Origin: Toensbergia leucococca
Taxonomy: Eukaryota
Length of the DNA stretch: 38,643 bases
Direction: 5' to 3'
NCBI GenBank assembly: GCA_022813965.1
Contig: JALDZS010000032.1
Span: forward strand, 124,001-162,643
Shown: piece after piece, positions 10,756 to 22,119 of the stretch
Numbering within the stretch: the stretch's first letter is position 1
Layout of the letters: each line of letters begins with the position of its first letter
Program-made: the position numbers and the translations under genes
The notes under the pieces: generated by a model
The model's input: the letters and a program-made list of their open reading frames with translations, nothing else
What the model was told of the DNA's origin: nothing
The model's database searches: none

Positions 10756-13646
10756 TTATGCATTGATCCTCTGATAGAAAAGTAAATAAGCGACCTTGTT
10801 ATCCTTCGCAGAAGATCTTCCAATCGGAGTCCTTTTTCCAGAAGAGATCGTAGGTGTGGCAGCCCCGTTGACGACTCCGGACCACTTTTTACTAGCTGTG
10901 GTGGATCCCGAAGCCGTTCCGTTGACTTGGCGCCAGCCCTTCTCGGACTGACTTTGCTCTTCCTCTTGCAGAGGGGTTTGGTTGAACAGGTTGCCGTTTC
11001 TGTTTTGCTCCCTCTTGTGTTGTTCGAGTGCGGCAGCGAGCACTAATGGGTCTTCTTCACTGCCTCTTTCAGCAACATCCTCACTCCGCACACGCCGGAT
11101 TACGGTGTCATCAAGCCTGATCCACTCTCGACCGTCCTGTCGTCGCACGTCGACTGTATAGTGACCTCCGCTAGCGTTTTTGCCGTGGTGATAAACGACA
11201 CCGATCAGGCGATACTTTGGCAGACCTCCATGCGCTAGCATAGCTCCTCTCTTGTGTTGTGGGAAAACCTCCTTTGGGATGTCAAGCTCCAACGGGTACC
11301 CAATTTTTTTCCAGATCTTTTGCGTGCCACCAGTGTTATCGTACTGAAAGCGCTTCAGATGAAGAATCAGAACCGGGGGAAGAGTTTCAATTGTCACTTG
11401 CTTTGTAGCCGTAACTCCGGGTCCGCGAGGAGAATTGAAGTCTCCATGAAGAGTTTCGGAACGAGTCAAGCCTTTCAAAGCGTCGGTGATATTATTGACA
11501 TTGGGAGCACCAATGTCGAGCTGTAGCGGCTGGTAAGGTTCCAACGTGACTGAATTCTTCATTCCTTGCACACGGAGCTCTGAGCGAAGCTTTCCACCGA
11601 ATATTTTAGTGATTGGTGATTCGGTAGTGATAGCTCCAGACGAACGGGTGATAGCAGCCTTTTGCTTTGGCCCAACTTCGTGCCATCCGCCATCGCCTGC
11701 CATGCCAGACTCGCTGGTTGGAGACATAGGCCCATTAGTAGGAGTTGATGCACCAGACGAGGACTTTGGACTTGACGGTTTCATTGCCTTTACGCATTCC
11801 TCGTGCATTTCCTCGAGGATGAATCCCAAAAACTCCTCCGCATCCTGCTGGTGTCCACGCTTCGAAAATGTCAGCAGTTGACAAAGCATATACTATTCCG
11901 AACATACTCTCATAGATGAGAATCGAGGCAAGCGCCTAATAATCTCATACACAAATTCGGGAATGAACGAATCCCCATATTGCTCAAGCTCGTTGTCTCT
12001 TAATCGCATTCGCAACTGTTCGACAGACACAGCCGAATCGATTATAGGGAACTCGCGCATAAACATGATCCTATATCAATGAATTGTCAGCGCTTTCCAT
12101 TTGAGGATCCTCGAGTGAGTGGTGTACATAGCATCGAGCAACGGAGTGTCACTCTTAAAACTGTGCGCTGCTCGCTTGCCAACCTTGTCAAGAAAGTCGT
12201 AGAACGGAATGCAAAAGACCAGGATCTGTAGGATCTGAAAGATGCAGATAAGTACGTAGTCTATATATGAGTGCCTTTGCCAAGGATTCAAGACCTACTG
12301 AATTCATATAACACATATTTCCCGTATTTACGAGCCCTCTCGGCTCTAAAAAGGCAAGCTTGGTTTCATCTTCGCCGTTCTGAATACTGAATGAGCTTAA
12401 TACATCAAACAGAGACTCAGATTTTGACGGAGTGAAACCATTGGATTGGAGTGGGGAGTCATCGCTGATTTTTACAGCGGTCGCCGTAGCGGATTGTGTC
12501 TTAGTTCTCACAAGATCGGCCCAGGATTTTGGCGTGGTCTTTACCAACGGTGATGTAGGGTCGGGAATCAATCCCGGAAATGCAGAAACATCTTCGTCAT
12601 TGATTTGGCCAATAGAACCTGTGGCATTAACAAATTTTGAACCTATCATGGGCTCTGTTATTTTCGTCGCATCTGAAGCGATGCTGACCGATCTTCGTTG
12701 TGATGGTCGTGAGGCAAGGGTAATATTCGGGATCGCGGGTATGATTGGTAGCAAAGGAATCGTTGGTCTATTAAAGCTTTTAGGACTTGACACACTTGCT
12801 TTTTGGGTCAATGCTTGTGCTATTGCAGATGAAGGTGTCGTTGGTTGCGTTGAGTCGGCCTCTGAAGGTGGGTGTGATGTCACGGGAGTCTCAGGGCCCG
12901 AAAGTACGGGTACAGGATCCTCTGGCAGGACAAGCTCCTGGAGAGCAGGTGATGGTTCCTCTGAAATGCTCCCAGCTTCGGTAGACGAATCTTCCCTCGG
13001 CGGTAGCTCAACTGGTGCAGTGGACAACTGAGGAGCAGGTCTTCTTCGGCGCCGCCGTGAACTCTTTGGAGGGAATGACCCATTAGTAAAAGAAAACCAT
13101 GGTAACTGCTGTACATTAGCGATGAAGGTCATGGGAGATGTTACAAATTCATTGACTCACGGGAGGATAGTAAGGCATGCGCTGGGCAGGCGCAGGTGGA
13201 GGCGGAGGTGTAGGTGTGGGGGGGGGAAGATGTTGATTTGGTGCATTCAATGACGGTGGAGGCGGAACATGCAGCGATGAATTTGAAGAAGATGGAGAGA
13301 GCATGCTAGCATGCGAATGCATCGAGGACGATGTTGGCGCGTGTTGTGGTAGATATGGTCTGTGGTGCATTGGTGCAGAGTTCTGAGGAACTGGGTAGGG
13401 CGCAGTCACCATAGGAGAGTATTGATGGTATTGACGGGGCATTGGTGACTGCATATGCTGGGGGAAATGGTACCATTGTTGTTGAGGGTGCTGTTGTTGG
13501 AAGTGCTGATGTTGTGATTGATAATGCTGAGGATAGGAGTGGTACAGACGCTGTGGGGGAGGCGGAGGAGAGTACGGGATTTGATGGGGTCGTCGGCCAT
13601 TCTGGAGGGGAATAGCTGGCTGTACGTGAGCTGGTGCAGCATTCAT
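10756..13646 (-). CDS. UBP3: Ubiquitin C-terminal hydrolase, Ubp3/USP10-like (peptidase C19)
   Basis: Exons 13646-13161, 13105 (or 13108)-12299, 12234-12128, 12070-11908 and 11859-10756. Cys box PRGLVNTGNMCYMNS-ILQ, QQDAEEFL, LPPVLILHLKRF, His box VVYHHGKNASGGHYT..W..DD, and terminal AYLLFYQR. P/Q/H-rich low-complexity N-terminus. Confidence 0.9.
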
Positions 13647-14064
13647 TACGCCTGAAGAAGCCCCGATGGCTTCCTTTCTCCGGCCGGCAGTGGACTTTCT
13701 CAAGACCACGCGACCGGCCTGGGTATCTGAGTAGCTGGATCGCCGAAGATCAGCTTGCTAGAGGTGCTAGGTGATTCAAGCACTCAAGAACCGGGTAAGC
13801 CTTTCGGTGTTTGTTTCTGGCTGCTCGAGATAATTGTGGAGAGAATGCGGCTATGGTCGAAGTAGATAATAATTTAGATTTGGCTGTCGACCGCCTCTCC
13901 TGTTTATCAGCAGATGATTATGATATATTAAAGTCCCTTGATATGAGCAAGGAGATACCAAGACAAATCAATGGTCCTGTATGTCATTCAATACTGCCGG
14001 TGAATTGCTCTTCGGTGACTAAGAATACTCGTACTTGTTTGCCCGTCAGTGAGGAAGATGGCAT

Positions 14065-14072
14065 TCACGTGA
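14065..14072. promoter_or_regulatory. Palindromic E-box TCACGTGA (Cbf1-like bHLH site) in the UBP3/MAG2 divergent promoter
   Basis: Perfect 8-bp palindrome inside the 666-bp intergenic region between the two start codons. Function is inferred only. Confidence 0.4.
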
Positions 14073-14312
14073 TGTGGACTTTCTATCGGCTAAATAGTCA
14101 TCTCCTGAGTCAAGCGATGATGACTCTCTGCATTGTCATTGCCAACCCCTCGGGGTATCACTGAACATTCCGAGTGCTTTGTTGAGCTCCATCTGGTGAG
14201 ACGAGGGACTGCGTCCAACCAGCTCTGGGAATTTGTAAGCTCGCTGTTATCGTTTCAACGCAAGCATATTATTCGTGTTCACTTCGAGCTTCCTGCGTCA
14301 ACCGCTTTCGTC

Positions 14313-16754
14313 ATGTCGTCGAACTCTGTACCCTCTCTCGCAATCTCAAAAAGTGTGAACTCGCCGGCCCAGTTAATATCACCTTCCCAGTCGCAGGCTA
14401 GCTCTTCCTTTAACGCTGAAAGTCATCCACAGCGGCGGAGTGGCGGATCGGGTATTTTTGGGGCTGGATCCACATCCCGCTCCAATCTGTCTGCCCCCCG
14501 GAACAATCAGTCTTCGCGCAGACAGCACAAAGGTCAAAGACGGCCCAGGCTTGCTGATGAGGATGCTATGGCCGAATCCGTAAGCCTCGACTCACAATCC
14601 TAGGTACATGTCTATAAGACACTAACAACACTATTCTTTTAGGCGGCCATGAAATCCACTAGCAGTCGAAAGGGCCAGACTTCTATTACTCACCTTATGA
14701 ACTTCTCATTGCCTCCGCGACCACAGAACCATTTGCCCACATTTGGGCGAAATTCCCGAAAGAACCCGGCATGGGGCCTTGGCTCTGGTTATCATGCTAT
14801 GGATAAAGCAAGGTTCAGCAAAAACTGAATACAGACACCATTCACATACTGACAAATTCTCAGATATGTTCATGCCAACTATCGGTTCATTGTTGACCCA
14901 AATGAGGACTACCGTGCTCAAGCAGTCGACGCAGACGTGCATTTAGACTGGAATACCGTGATGCAGGTTCTAGCATCTGCTCAGTCACAATCTACGAACT
15001 GTCCGATATGCTTGTCGACCCCTGTCGCTCCGCGTATGGCTAAATGCGGGCACATCTTTTGCTTACCATGCCTTATCAGATACATGCACTCAACAGACGA
15101 CACCAAGCCAATGCCAGAAAAGAAGGCTCGATGGAAGAAGTGTCCTATTTGCTGGGATAGCGTGTATGTATCTGAAACTCGACCCGTCCGTTGGATCACT
15201 GGGCAAGAAGGGGAGACTCCTCGAGAGGGTGGCGATGTTGTTCTGAGGCTCATCACAAGGCAGCCAGGCAGCATTCTTGCCTTACCTAGAGATGGAGCTG
15301 AATCGTTGGAAAAGCCTGACGAGATTCCGTGGTATTTTGCTGCGGAGGTCACAGATTATGCTCGAGTCATGAAGGGTAGCGAGGATTACATGAAGTCACA
15401 ATTTGACAGCGAGATGGAGGACTTGCAGCAGCAAGAAAGGGAAGATGAACTAATGTTTGGCGAAGAGACTCAATGGACTAGACGAGCAGTCTCAGCGATT
15501 GCTGAGGCAAAGGAGAGGCTTAAGGGTCTTGGGAACCCGCCAAGCGCTCCTAAGCAGCCTACGGAGAGAAACGTCAAACGTCCGCCAATAGAATTCCATG
15601 GAAGCTCTGAGACAGTCCCGGACTTTTATGCAATTCAACAAGCCACAAAGTCGGGCCAGTCATCCTCTAAAGGCTCTACCGCACGGCAACACCGCAATGC
15701 TACGTCCTTGCCTACTGACTCCAAAGGTGCGCCACTAGCATCTTCAAATGGGCCCGTCGTAGCAACGGTGCCAGCACCTTCGATTTCGGCAGTCTCCTCG
15801 TCCACGAGTCTCCAAATATCGGCAGTATCTACTTTACCTTCGATGATGCCAGAATTGGGAGCAAGAGGGAACACTGCATCTCAGCATCAGCCAAATGATT
15901 CGCCCTTTTTCTTCTACCAGGCCTTGATACACTATTATCTTTCTCCCTTAGACATACGTATCCTCAAAGCTGCATTTGGAGATTTCGGTTCATTCCCTGC
16001 GACTATTCTTCCACGAGTGGAGCGGGTCTCTACCGGTCACATTGTCGACGATGAGTTACGAAAGCGAGCAAAATACCTAGCACATCTTCCATACGGCTGT
16101 GAAGTGGGATTTTTAGAATGTGACTGGACGGATGTTGTGGTTCCTGAAATTTTAGGCAATTTTGCAACCGAGATCGAGCGACGTCGAAAGAAAAACAGAG
16201 AAAAGGAGGTGCGGGAGGAGAAGGAACGGGTAAGAGCGGAGAAGGAAGAAGATGACAAACGGTGGGCAGCAGTAAGACGAAAAAGACCAAATGCAAGCTA
16301 CGAAGCCAGCTCGGAGGTACACTTCCAACCCCCGGCACCTCTAGAGAAAGGCTTCAGCGCGTCCCCGTCTGTAGGAGCCGTCACTGTACCTTCTTCGCCG
16401 CCGTGGTCATCGTTACGGACGCATAGTGGCTCAGCGTTTGCCTCTCTGGCATCGCCATCTACAAGTCCGGTCGCCCCGAGGACAGTGTGGGGTACGACGG
16501 CGGTGGTACCGACCTCTCCAACACTATCGGCAGTACCTCATGATCATGAAGCTTCGGATAACGATGGCTGGCTCCAAGGCTGGGAGCAGGATCTCCTTGG
16601 AGAAGAAGACGTAGTGGCGCAGTTTCAAGCGCATTCCATCTACAAGGATAGCTCCGTGGTAGGGACGATGGCAGGGACGATGAGTGCAAACAGCCGGAAG
16701 AAGAAGAATAAGAAGATCACACTCATGACAACAAATGCACGAAGGGGGGCCTGA
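14313..16754 (+). CDS. MAG2: RING finger E3 ubiquitin ligase, Mag2/RNF10 family
   Basis: Exons 14313-14579, 14643-14812 and 14864-16754. Motifs SITHLMNFSLPPRP and YVHANYRFIV, a C3HC4 RING (CPICLSTPVAPRMAKCGHIFCLPC...WKKCPICWD), FFFYQ..YLSPLDIRILK..FG, RKRAKYLAHLPYGCEV, and a C-terminal KKKNKKITLM. Confidence 0.9.
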
Positions 16755-17177
16755 CATGGATGTTATCATGATACCCCTTTAATGCAATTGGTTGTTTTAC
16801 AGGATGTACTTAGTATTCAGGGCGATTAGCTGGAGTATCCTAAATTCTTAGACAGAGATTTGCCCAATCATTGAACAAAGGTACAAAGTACACCATCTTC
16901 ATTTTGTACCCTGTGCCTGTCGAGCCTCTGTGCACTCATACACCGATGGTGAATACGTTCATAGATATGACATCATTAGTAGAGATATTCCAGGGGGCGC
17001 AAATTTCAAAATTGAACGCGGCGTTTCGCGTCTTACTTCGGTCAACACCCATGCCCGTACATTTATTACCAAATACTTCTAATTCCTCTTGAAATATCGT
17101 CACCGCAACATGATGAGGATTTTGCTGGCGATTTGCTGATGATTAGTGGATACTTTAGAATTTTGTGTTGACCTACC

Positions 17178-19024
17178 ATGACTATCACACGTTCCCAAAC
17201 GGGACGAACTCCAAGGTGTGTTAGCATGCGAATAACTTGGCTGCACCTCGTCATTCCTCACTCATCTAATGCGCTTTTATGCCGACCAGAAAGACAGAGC
17301 ACCCAGGCTACGTGGAAACACCACCCATACGCCGTTCACGGCCTCGCAAATCCACCACACCAGATCCTGAACACGATACCTCAGACGCGACAAGCTCTCC
17401 CTCAATTGACACGCAAATTCTTGACAAGCAAACAAGATTCGGTGTAAATTACACGCAGAATGGTATCGCCAATGGACATGCCATAAAGCATGAGAAAATT
17501 GTCCATGGTTGGGAGGAAGGCAAAGACCCTAAGATTGATTATAGCGGACATTTCGATTTTGGCGGATCCTGGGGAGTCAGCGCCATGATGATTGGATTCC
17601 CTCTGTTGATGTGGTACATGTGGATCGGCGCAACATACTACGAGGGCCACCTGCCGCTCCCAGTGAGAGGAGAAACCACATCACATTTCATCACACACCT
17701 CGGGAAATTGGTGTACGAAGGTGCTTTTCCAAGCGCTAAAGCATGGGTTATCTACTGGACTTTCTTTCTCTTCGAGGCTTCATGTTACCTACTCCTTCCT
17801 GGTGTTACGATTGAAGGCAACCCTTTGGCTCATGACGGTGGCAAGAAGCTGACTTATTACTGCTCTGGCATATGGTCATTCTACACAACCATTGCAGTGA
17901 CCGCCGCACTCCACTTTACGGGCCTCTTTAAACTGTACACCCTCATTGATGAGTTTGGACCACTCATGTCCGTTGCAATCATAAGTGGATTTATCATCTC
18001 ATTCATTGCGTACTTCTCAGCAATCTACAGAGGTGCTGAGCATCGGATGAGTGGCCGCCCAGTGTACGATTTTTTCATGGGTGCCGAGTTAAATCCCAGA
18101 ATGTTTGGCTTGCTGGACTTCAAAATGTTTTTCGAGGTTAGGTTACCATGGTACATATTGTTCTTACTCTCTTGTGGGGCTGCTGCACGACAGTACGAGC
18201 AATTTGGCTGGGTATCAGGGGAAGTCTGCTTCCTTGTGATGGCCCATTTTCTCTACGCCAATGCGTGTTCAAAAGGGGAGGAGTGCATAGTCACGACCTG
18301 GTAAGTTGGAAGCTGCAAGAGTGAAACCCGCTTTAATCATGCTTCTAGGGACATGTATTACGAGAAATGGGGCTTTATGCTGATCTTTTGGAATCTCGCT
18401 GGAGTGCCGCTTAGCTACTGTCATTGCACCATCTACCTGGCAAATCATGCACCGTCGGTCTACCGTTGGAATCGCTTTGCTCTGGTGCTACTCTATGTTT
18501 TGTACTTTTTCATGTATTGGGTGTGGGATACAACAAATAGTCAAAAGAATCGATTCAGGCATCAAGAACGTGGGACGCTGATGGAAAGGAGAACGTTTCC
18601 TCAACTCCCGTGGCAAACGGTCAAGAACCCAAAATTCATCAAGACCAAGACTGGCGACTCGATTTTGGTAGATGGATGGTGTAGGTGAAGACCTGGCAAG
18701 CTGATGACAATATGGCATGCTCACTCTGTTGTAGATGGGTATGCACGCAAGATACATTACACGGCAGATCTGTTCTTCGCATTGACTTGGGGCCTCATCA
18801 CCGGCTTCGATAGCCCCTTTCCATGGTTCTATCCTTTGTTCTTTGCTGTTATGATATCTCATAGAGCGTTGCGAGATATTCAGAAATGTGAGGCCAAATA
18901 CGGCGAAGCATGGGAAGAGTACAAGCGGCGGGTTCCTTATCTTTTCATTCCGGTAAGCAGACTTATACCTTCGCTTTCTGGTTTGAGTTATAGCTGACAT
19001 GTCCCATTTTAGTATGTCTTCTAG
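17178..19024 (+). CDS. ERG4: Delta24(24(1))-sterol reductase (ERG4/ERG24 family)
   Basis: Exons 17178-17215, 17290-18300, 18349-18680, 18735-18952 and 19013-19024. Motifs [70 protein letters not shown] and [30 protein letters not shown]. Confidence 0.96.
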
Positions 19025-19204
19025 ATAACAAGACCAATTTTTGGATTAATTCCAATAGACATTGCCTTGCCTGGCCAACAAAAAGGGTCTTGGGATGTAA
19101 AGAAGTGTACTGAGCTAATTACCTTAGCTTCCGGCTGCCGCCCCTCATCCACGGAGCACATGAATCACAATTAATTACGCCTTAGATATTCTTGACATTA
19201 CAGA

Positions 19205-20302
19205 ATGCTAATCGAGGAAACTCATACAGATGTGCTTGCCGAAGGTGGCAGCTCCATGCGTACCGCTTCTTGTTCAGTCATGTCCCTTCGTCACACTGAG
19301 ATATTGCAGGCATTTTCTTCTACCATCCCAAAATCTCCAATTATCCAAATGCCCGCTTTCCTGGTGTGGTTGTCTTCAGCGAGATCTATCAAGGCAAGGC
19401 CTTTCGCGGCGCAATCCTTGTATCGATCATCTTTATCTAATCGTAGTCCAGTGACTGGGCCAGTCGCACGTTTCGCCCGCCAGATAGCAGGTCAAGGATA
19501 CATTGTAGCCGCACCATCAAGTTTCCACGATTTTGTCACCTTTGAGCCATTGGCCTACGATGTCCCAGGCACTGATGCTGGGAACGATTACAAGGTCAAA
19601 AAAGTATGTTTCCCTCGGAGAATGAAGTCATAACTAGCAATCCCCATATTCGGATCCAGTGACTCATGTAGCCAAGAAAATATCCTCTTACGATGAAGAT
19701 TCTCACCTTTCTGTCTCGGCCCTGCTCTCACTCTCTACCTGTAATGGACGTGTTGGGGCAGTCGGGATGTGCCTTGGAGGTCACTTGGCATATCGGTGTG
19801 CGCTGGACAACAGAGTAGCCGCTGCCGTGTGTTACTTTGCAACGGATATTCATAGCCACAGCTTAGGGTTCGGAATGAACGATGACAGTCTAGATAGGGC
19901 GGGAGAGATCAAGGGCGAACTAGTCATGGTGAGTCGGAAAACATGTGTTCTGCCCCATGTAAATTGAATGGGTATTGAAACCCAGGCAGATCTTCGGCAA
20001 GAAGGACAACCACGTTCCACCCGGAGGAAGGGATCTGATTCGGAAAGTTTTGCACGACAAGGGCGTGTGCTTCAGCTTCTACGAGGTCGCTTGGGCGCAA
20101 CGTACGCATTCGCAGCATCGGCATGGATCTTGCTAATGCTATTCCAGATGCCTTTATTCGAGATGAGCTCAGTAAAGGTCGCTATGATCCTGCCATTTCC
20201 AAGATTTGCTTTGAGATGCTTCTTGAGCTTTTCGGTCGGACCCTTAAGCTGGATCTTGGTCCGAGGGCTGGTGGCGAGCAGGAAATTGATGATGCATGCT
20301 GA
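19205..20302 (+). CDS. Dienelactone hydrolase family protein (carboxymethylenebutenolidase-like)
   Basis: Exons 19205-19259, 19310-19393, 19452-19603, 19677-19928, 19990-20101 and 20148-20302. Reads FPGVVVFSEIYQVTGPVARFARQIAGQGY, with the nucleophile motif GMCLGG and AQHAFIRDE. Intron 2 is GC-AG. Confidence 0.92.
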
Positions 20303-20746
20303 ATTGGTGTAAGGTGGCTTGCAATTTGGCTTGTAGGTAGCGCGGCGCTACCAGACCAGTGCTTTAGTACCTACCTTTTGATGCCACCCGGTCGGATGTG
20401 ATGCGACAAACGGTGCTCCAGATTTAGTTCGCTTATGCATCTTCCCCTATTTTCTGAAATTTTCGTGCTCAATTACCTGCACAGACATTTAATATCCAGC
20501 TAAACATTCCTATTTCGCCACTGCGACGCACATTTCTTTACATTCATTTCCATTCCAGGTGCCATCGGTGCGTGAGGCTAGGTTAGATGTCCTGTGGCGT
20601 TGGATGCGACAGGTGCTTTCACTCGAGGACTAGGCCACCAAATGGTGACCCAAGTCCTGACGATGGTCTGCAGCTTTTGAGAGATCAATGATTTAGTCAT
20701 ATTGCATCTCCGTTGCGAACGACGTCCTCTGCACTACTGGACCCGC

Positions 20747-21806
20747 TTATACTCCCTCCCCGTACTTCCCTAAGAGCTTCTTCATGATTCCCACAGCGCC
20801 ACCCCTATACCCACCTCCAAATATTGCATGGTGATTCAAATGGTGATACCTGTCACTTCGAATCAGTTTCACAGTACACCCGGCAGAAAAAGATAAGAAC
20901 AAATACTAACAGCCCATACAAGTTCACCCGATCCTCATACTCACCCACTGGTTCTGTCTTCGGACATACTGCATGGTATTCCTTTAGAAAATTGCCCCCG
21001 AACCCTCCAAACATCTTCATAATTCCCAACTCGTACTCCGAGTGAGCGTAGCAAGTACTAGGATCGAAGACGACATCTTCGACTGCACCTCCGCCGCCTA
21101 TTCTACCGCGTCCTTTGTTTCCGGACCATAGATCTCCATGGACAATCACTGGGACGATACCATTCCCACCATTCAAGTGGCCATCTCCCAAAAGCCTCGG
21201 CACAACTGTCGCTGCTGTCTTCTCTACGAAAGACCGCAACACAACATCCTTTCCATTGGTCCGCTCCGACTTCTTCAAAATTGCAAGAAGCCTGTTCTCG
21301 GCATAAAAGTCTGCCCAGCTCTCCGTGAAATCATTCGGCTGAGCCGTGTCCCCGCAGCATGTAGTGACAGGGAAGCCAAAGACTGGTTTGGAAAAGCCGT
21401 CCGGAATTGGAGCTGGGGTGGTGTGTAATTTAGCCAGCTTAGTTGCCAGAGACATTCCAGATGCCTTCTCGAAAGGCGATGGGGATGAGCTAGACGAAAG
21501 GTCCAGGAAGTTGGTCACTAGAAACGCCCCGCCCGGGGTATCCTCTAGCAGGCCGTGGGCAAGGCTTTCTGGGCACAACGAAGGAACGGCGCCGTAGATG
21601 GCGTTCAAAGATGCGTGTTCGCCCTGAAACATAATTTCAGCATCTTTCCCCCGACCCGTCTTGACGAATAGATGCTTTTCTGAACCTGAGCCAACGGCAG
21701 TGGTGATCTTAGCTGTTGTAGAAAAGCCGGAGCCACCGTGAGAGGATATCTTGGTGGTATTTGGGTCGAGAGAAAGAGCACGAGCAATCGCTGAATCGAG
21801 CTTCAT
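20747..21806 (-). CDS. Fructosamine-3-kinase / ketosamine kinase family protein
   Basis: Exon 1 (21806-20911, MKLDSAIARAL..), intron 20910-20850, exon 2 (20849-20747, YHHLNHHAIFGGGYRGGA..*). Motifs MFQGEHASL, FGFPVTTCCG, HGDLWSGN and FDPSTCYAHSEYELGIMKMFGGF. Confidence 0.93.
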
Positions 21807-22119
21807 GGTGCATTGATAGAGGCTGCGGAACACCGAGGTCATTACTCTACAAGTACTCGGTTTCCATTTCCAGCAGTTGGCAGTGAGGTCATCGCCGTTT
21901 GGACCGGTTGCCACACCTTCAAGTCTAGCATAATAGCGCAGACACGCTCTACATGTGGGAACCTCGGACAAAAAAACGGACTTCTACTTCATTTGATTAA
22001 GGAATGGCGGTCAATCTACCCATGCATGCTAGAGTCCACTTATATGCTATACCAGAGAACCAGAGAAATTATCTGCACCCCAACGCCGTGCACCAACGCG
22101 TAAAATAATCATGTCGTCG

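Noticed and set aside
10471..10823. Three overlapping ~90-108 aa ORFs at the UBP3 3' end
   Set aside because: They lie in or antisense to the UBP3 3' end and UTR and have no protein-like features.
21807..21971. 55-codon in-frame N-terminal extension of the fructosamine kinase ORF
   Set aside because: It begins at a non-ATG codon only about 150 bp from the upstream gene's stop. ACC-ATG at 21806 is a good start context and fits the expected family length.
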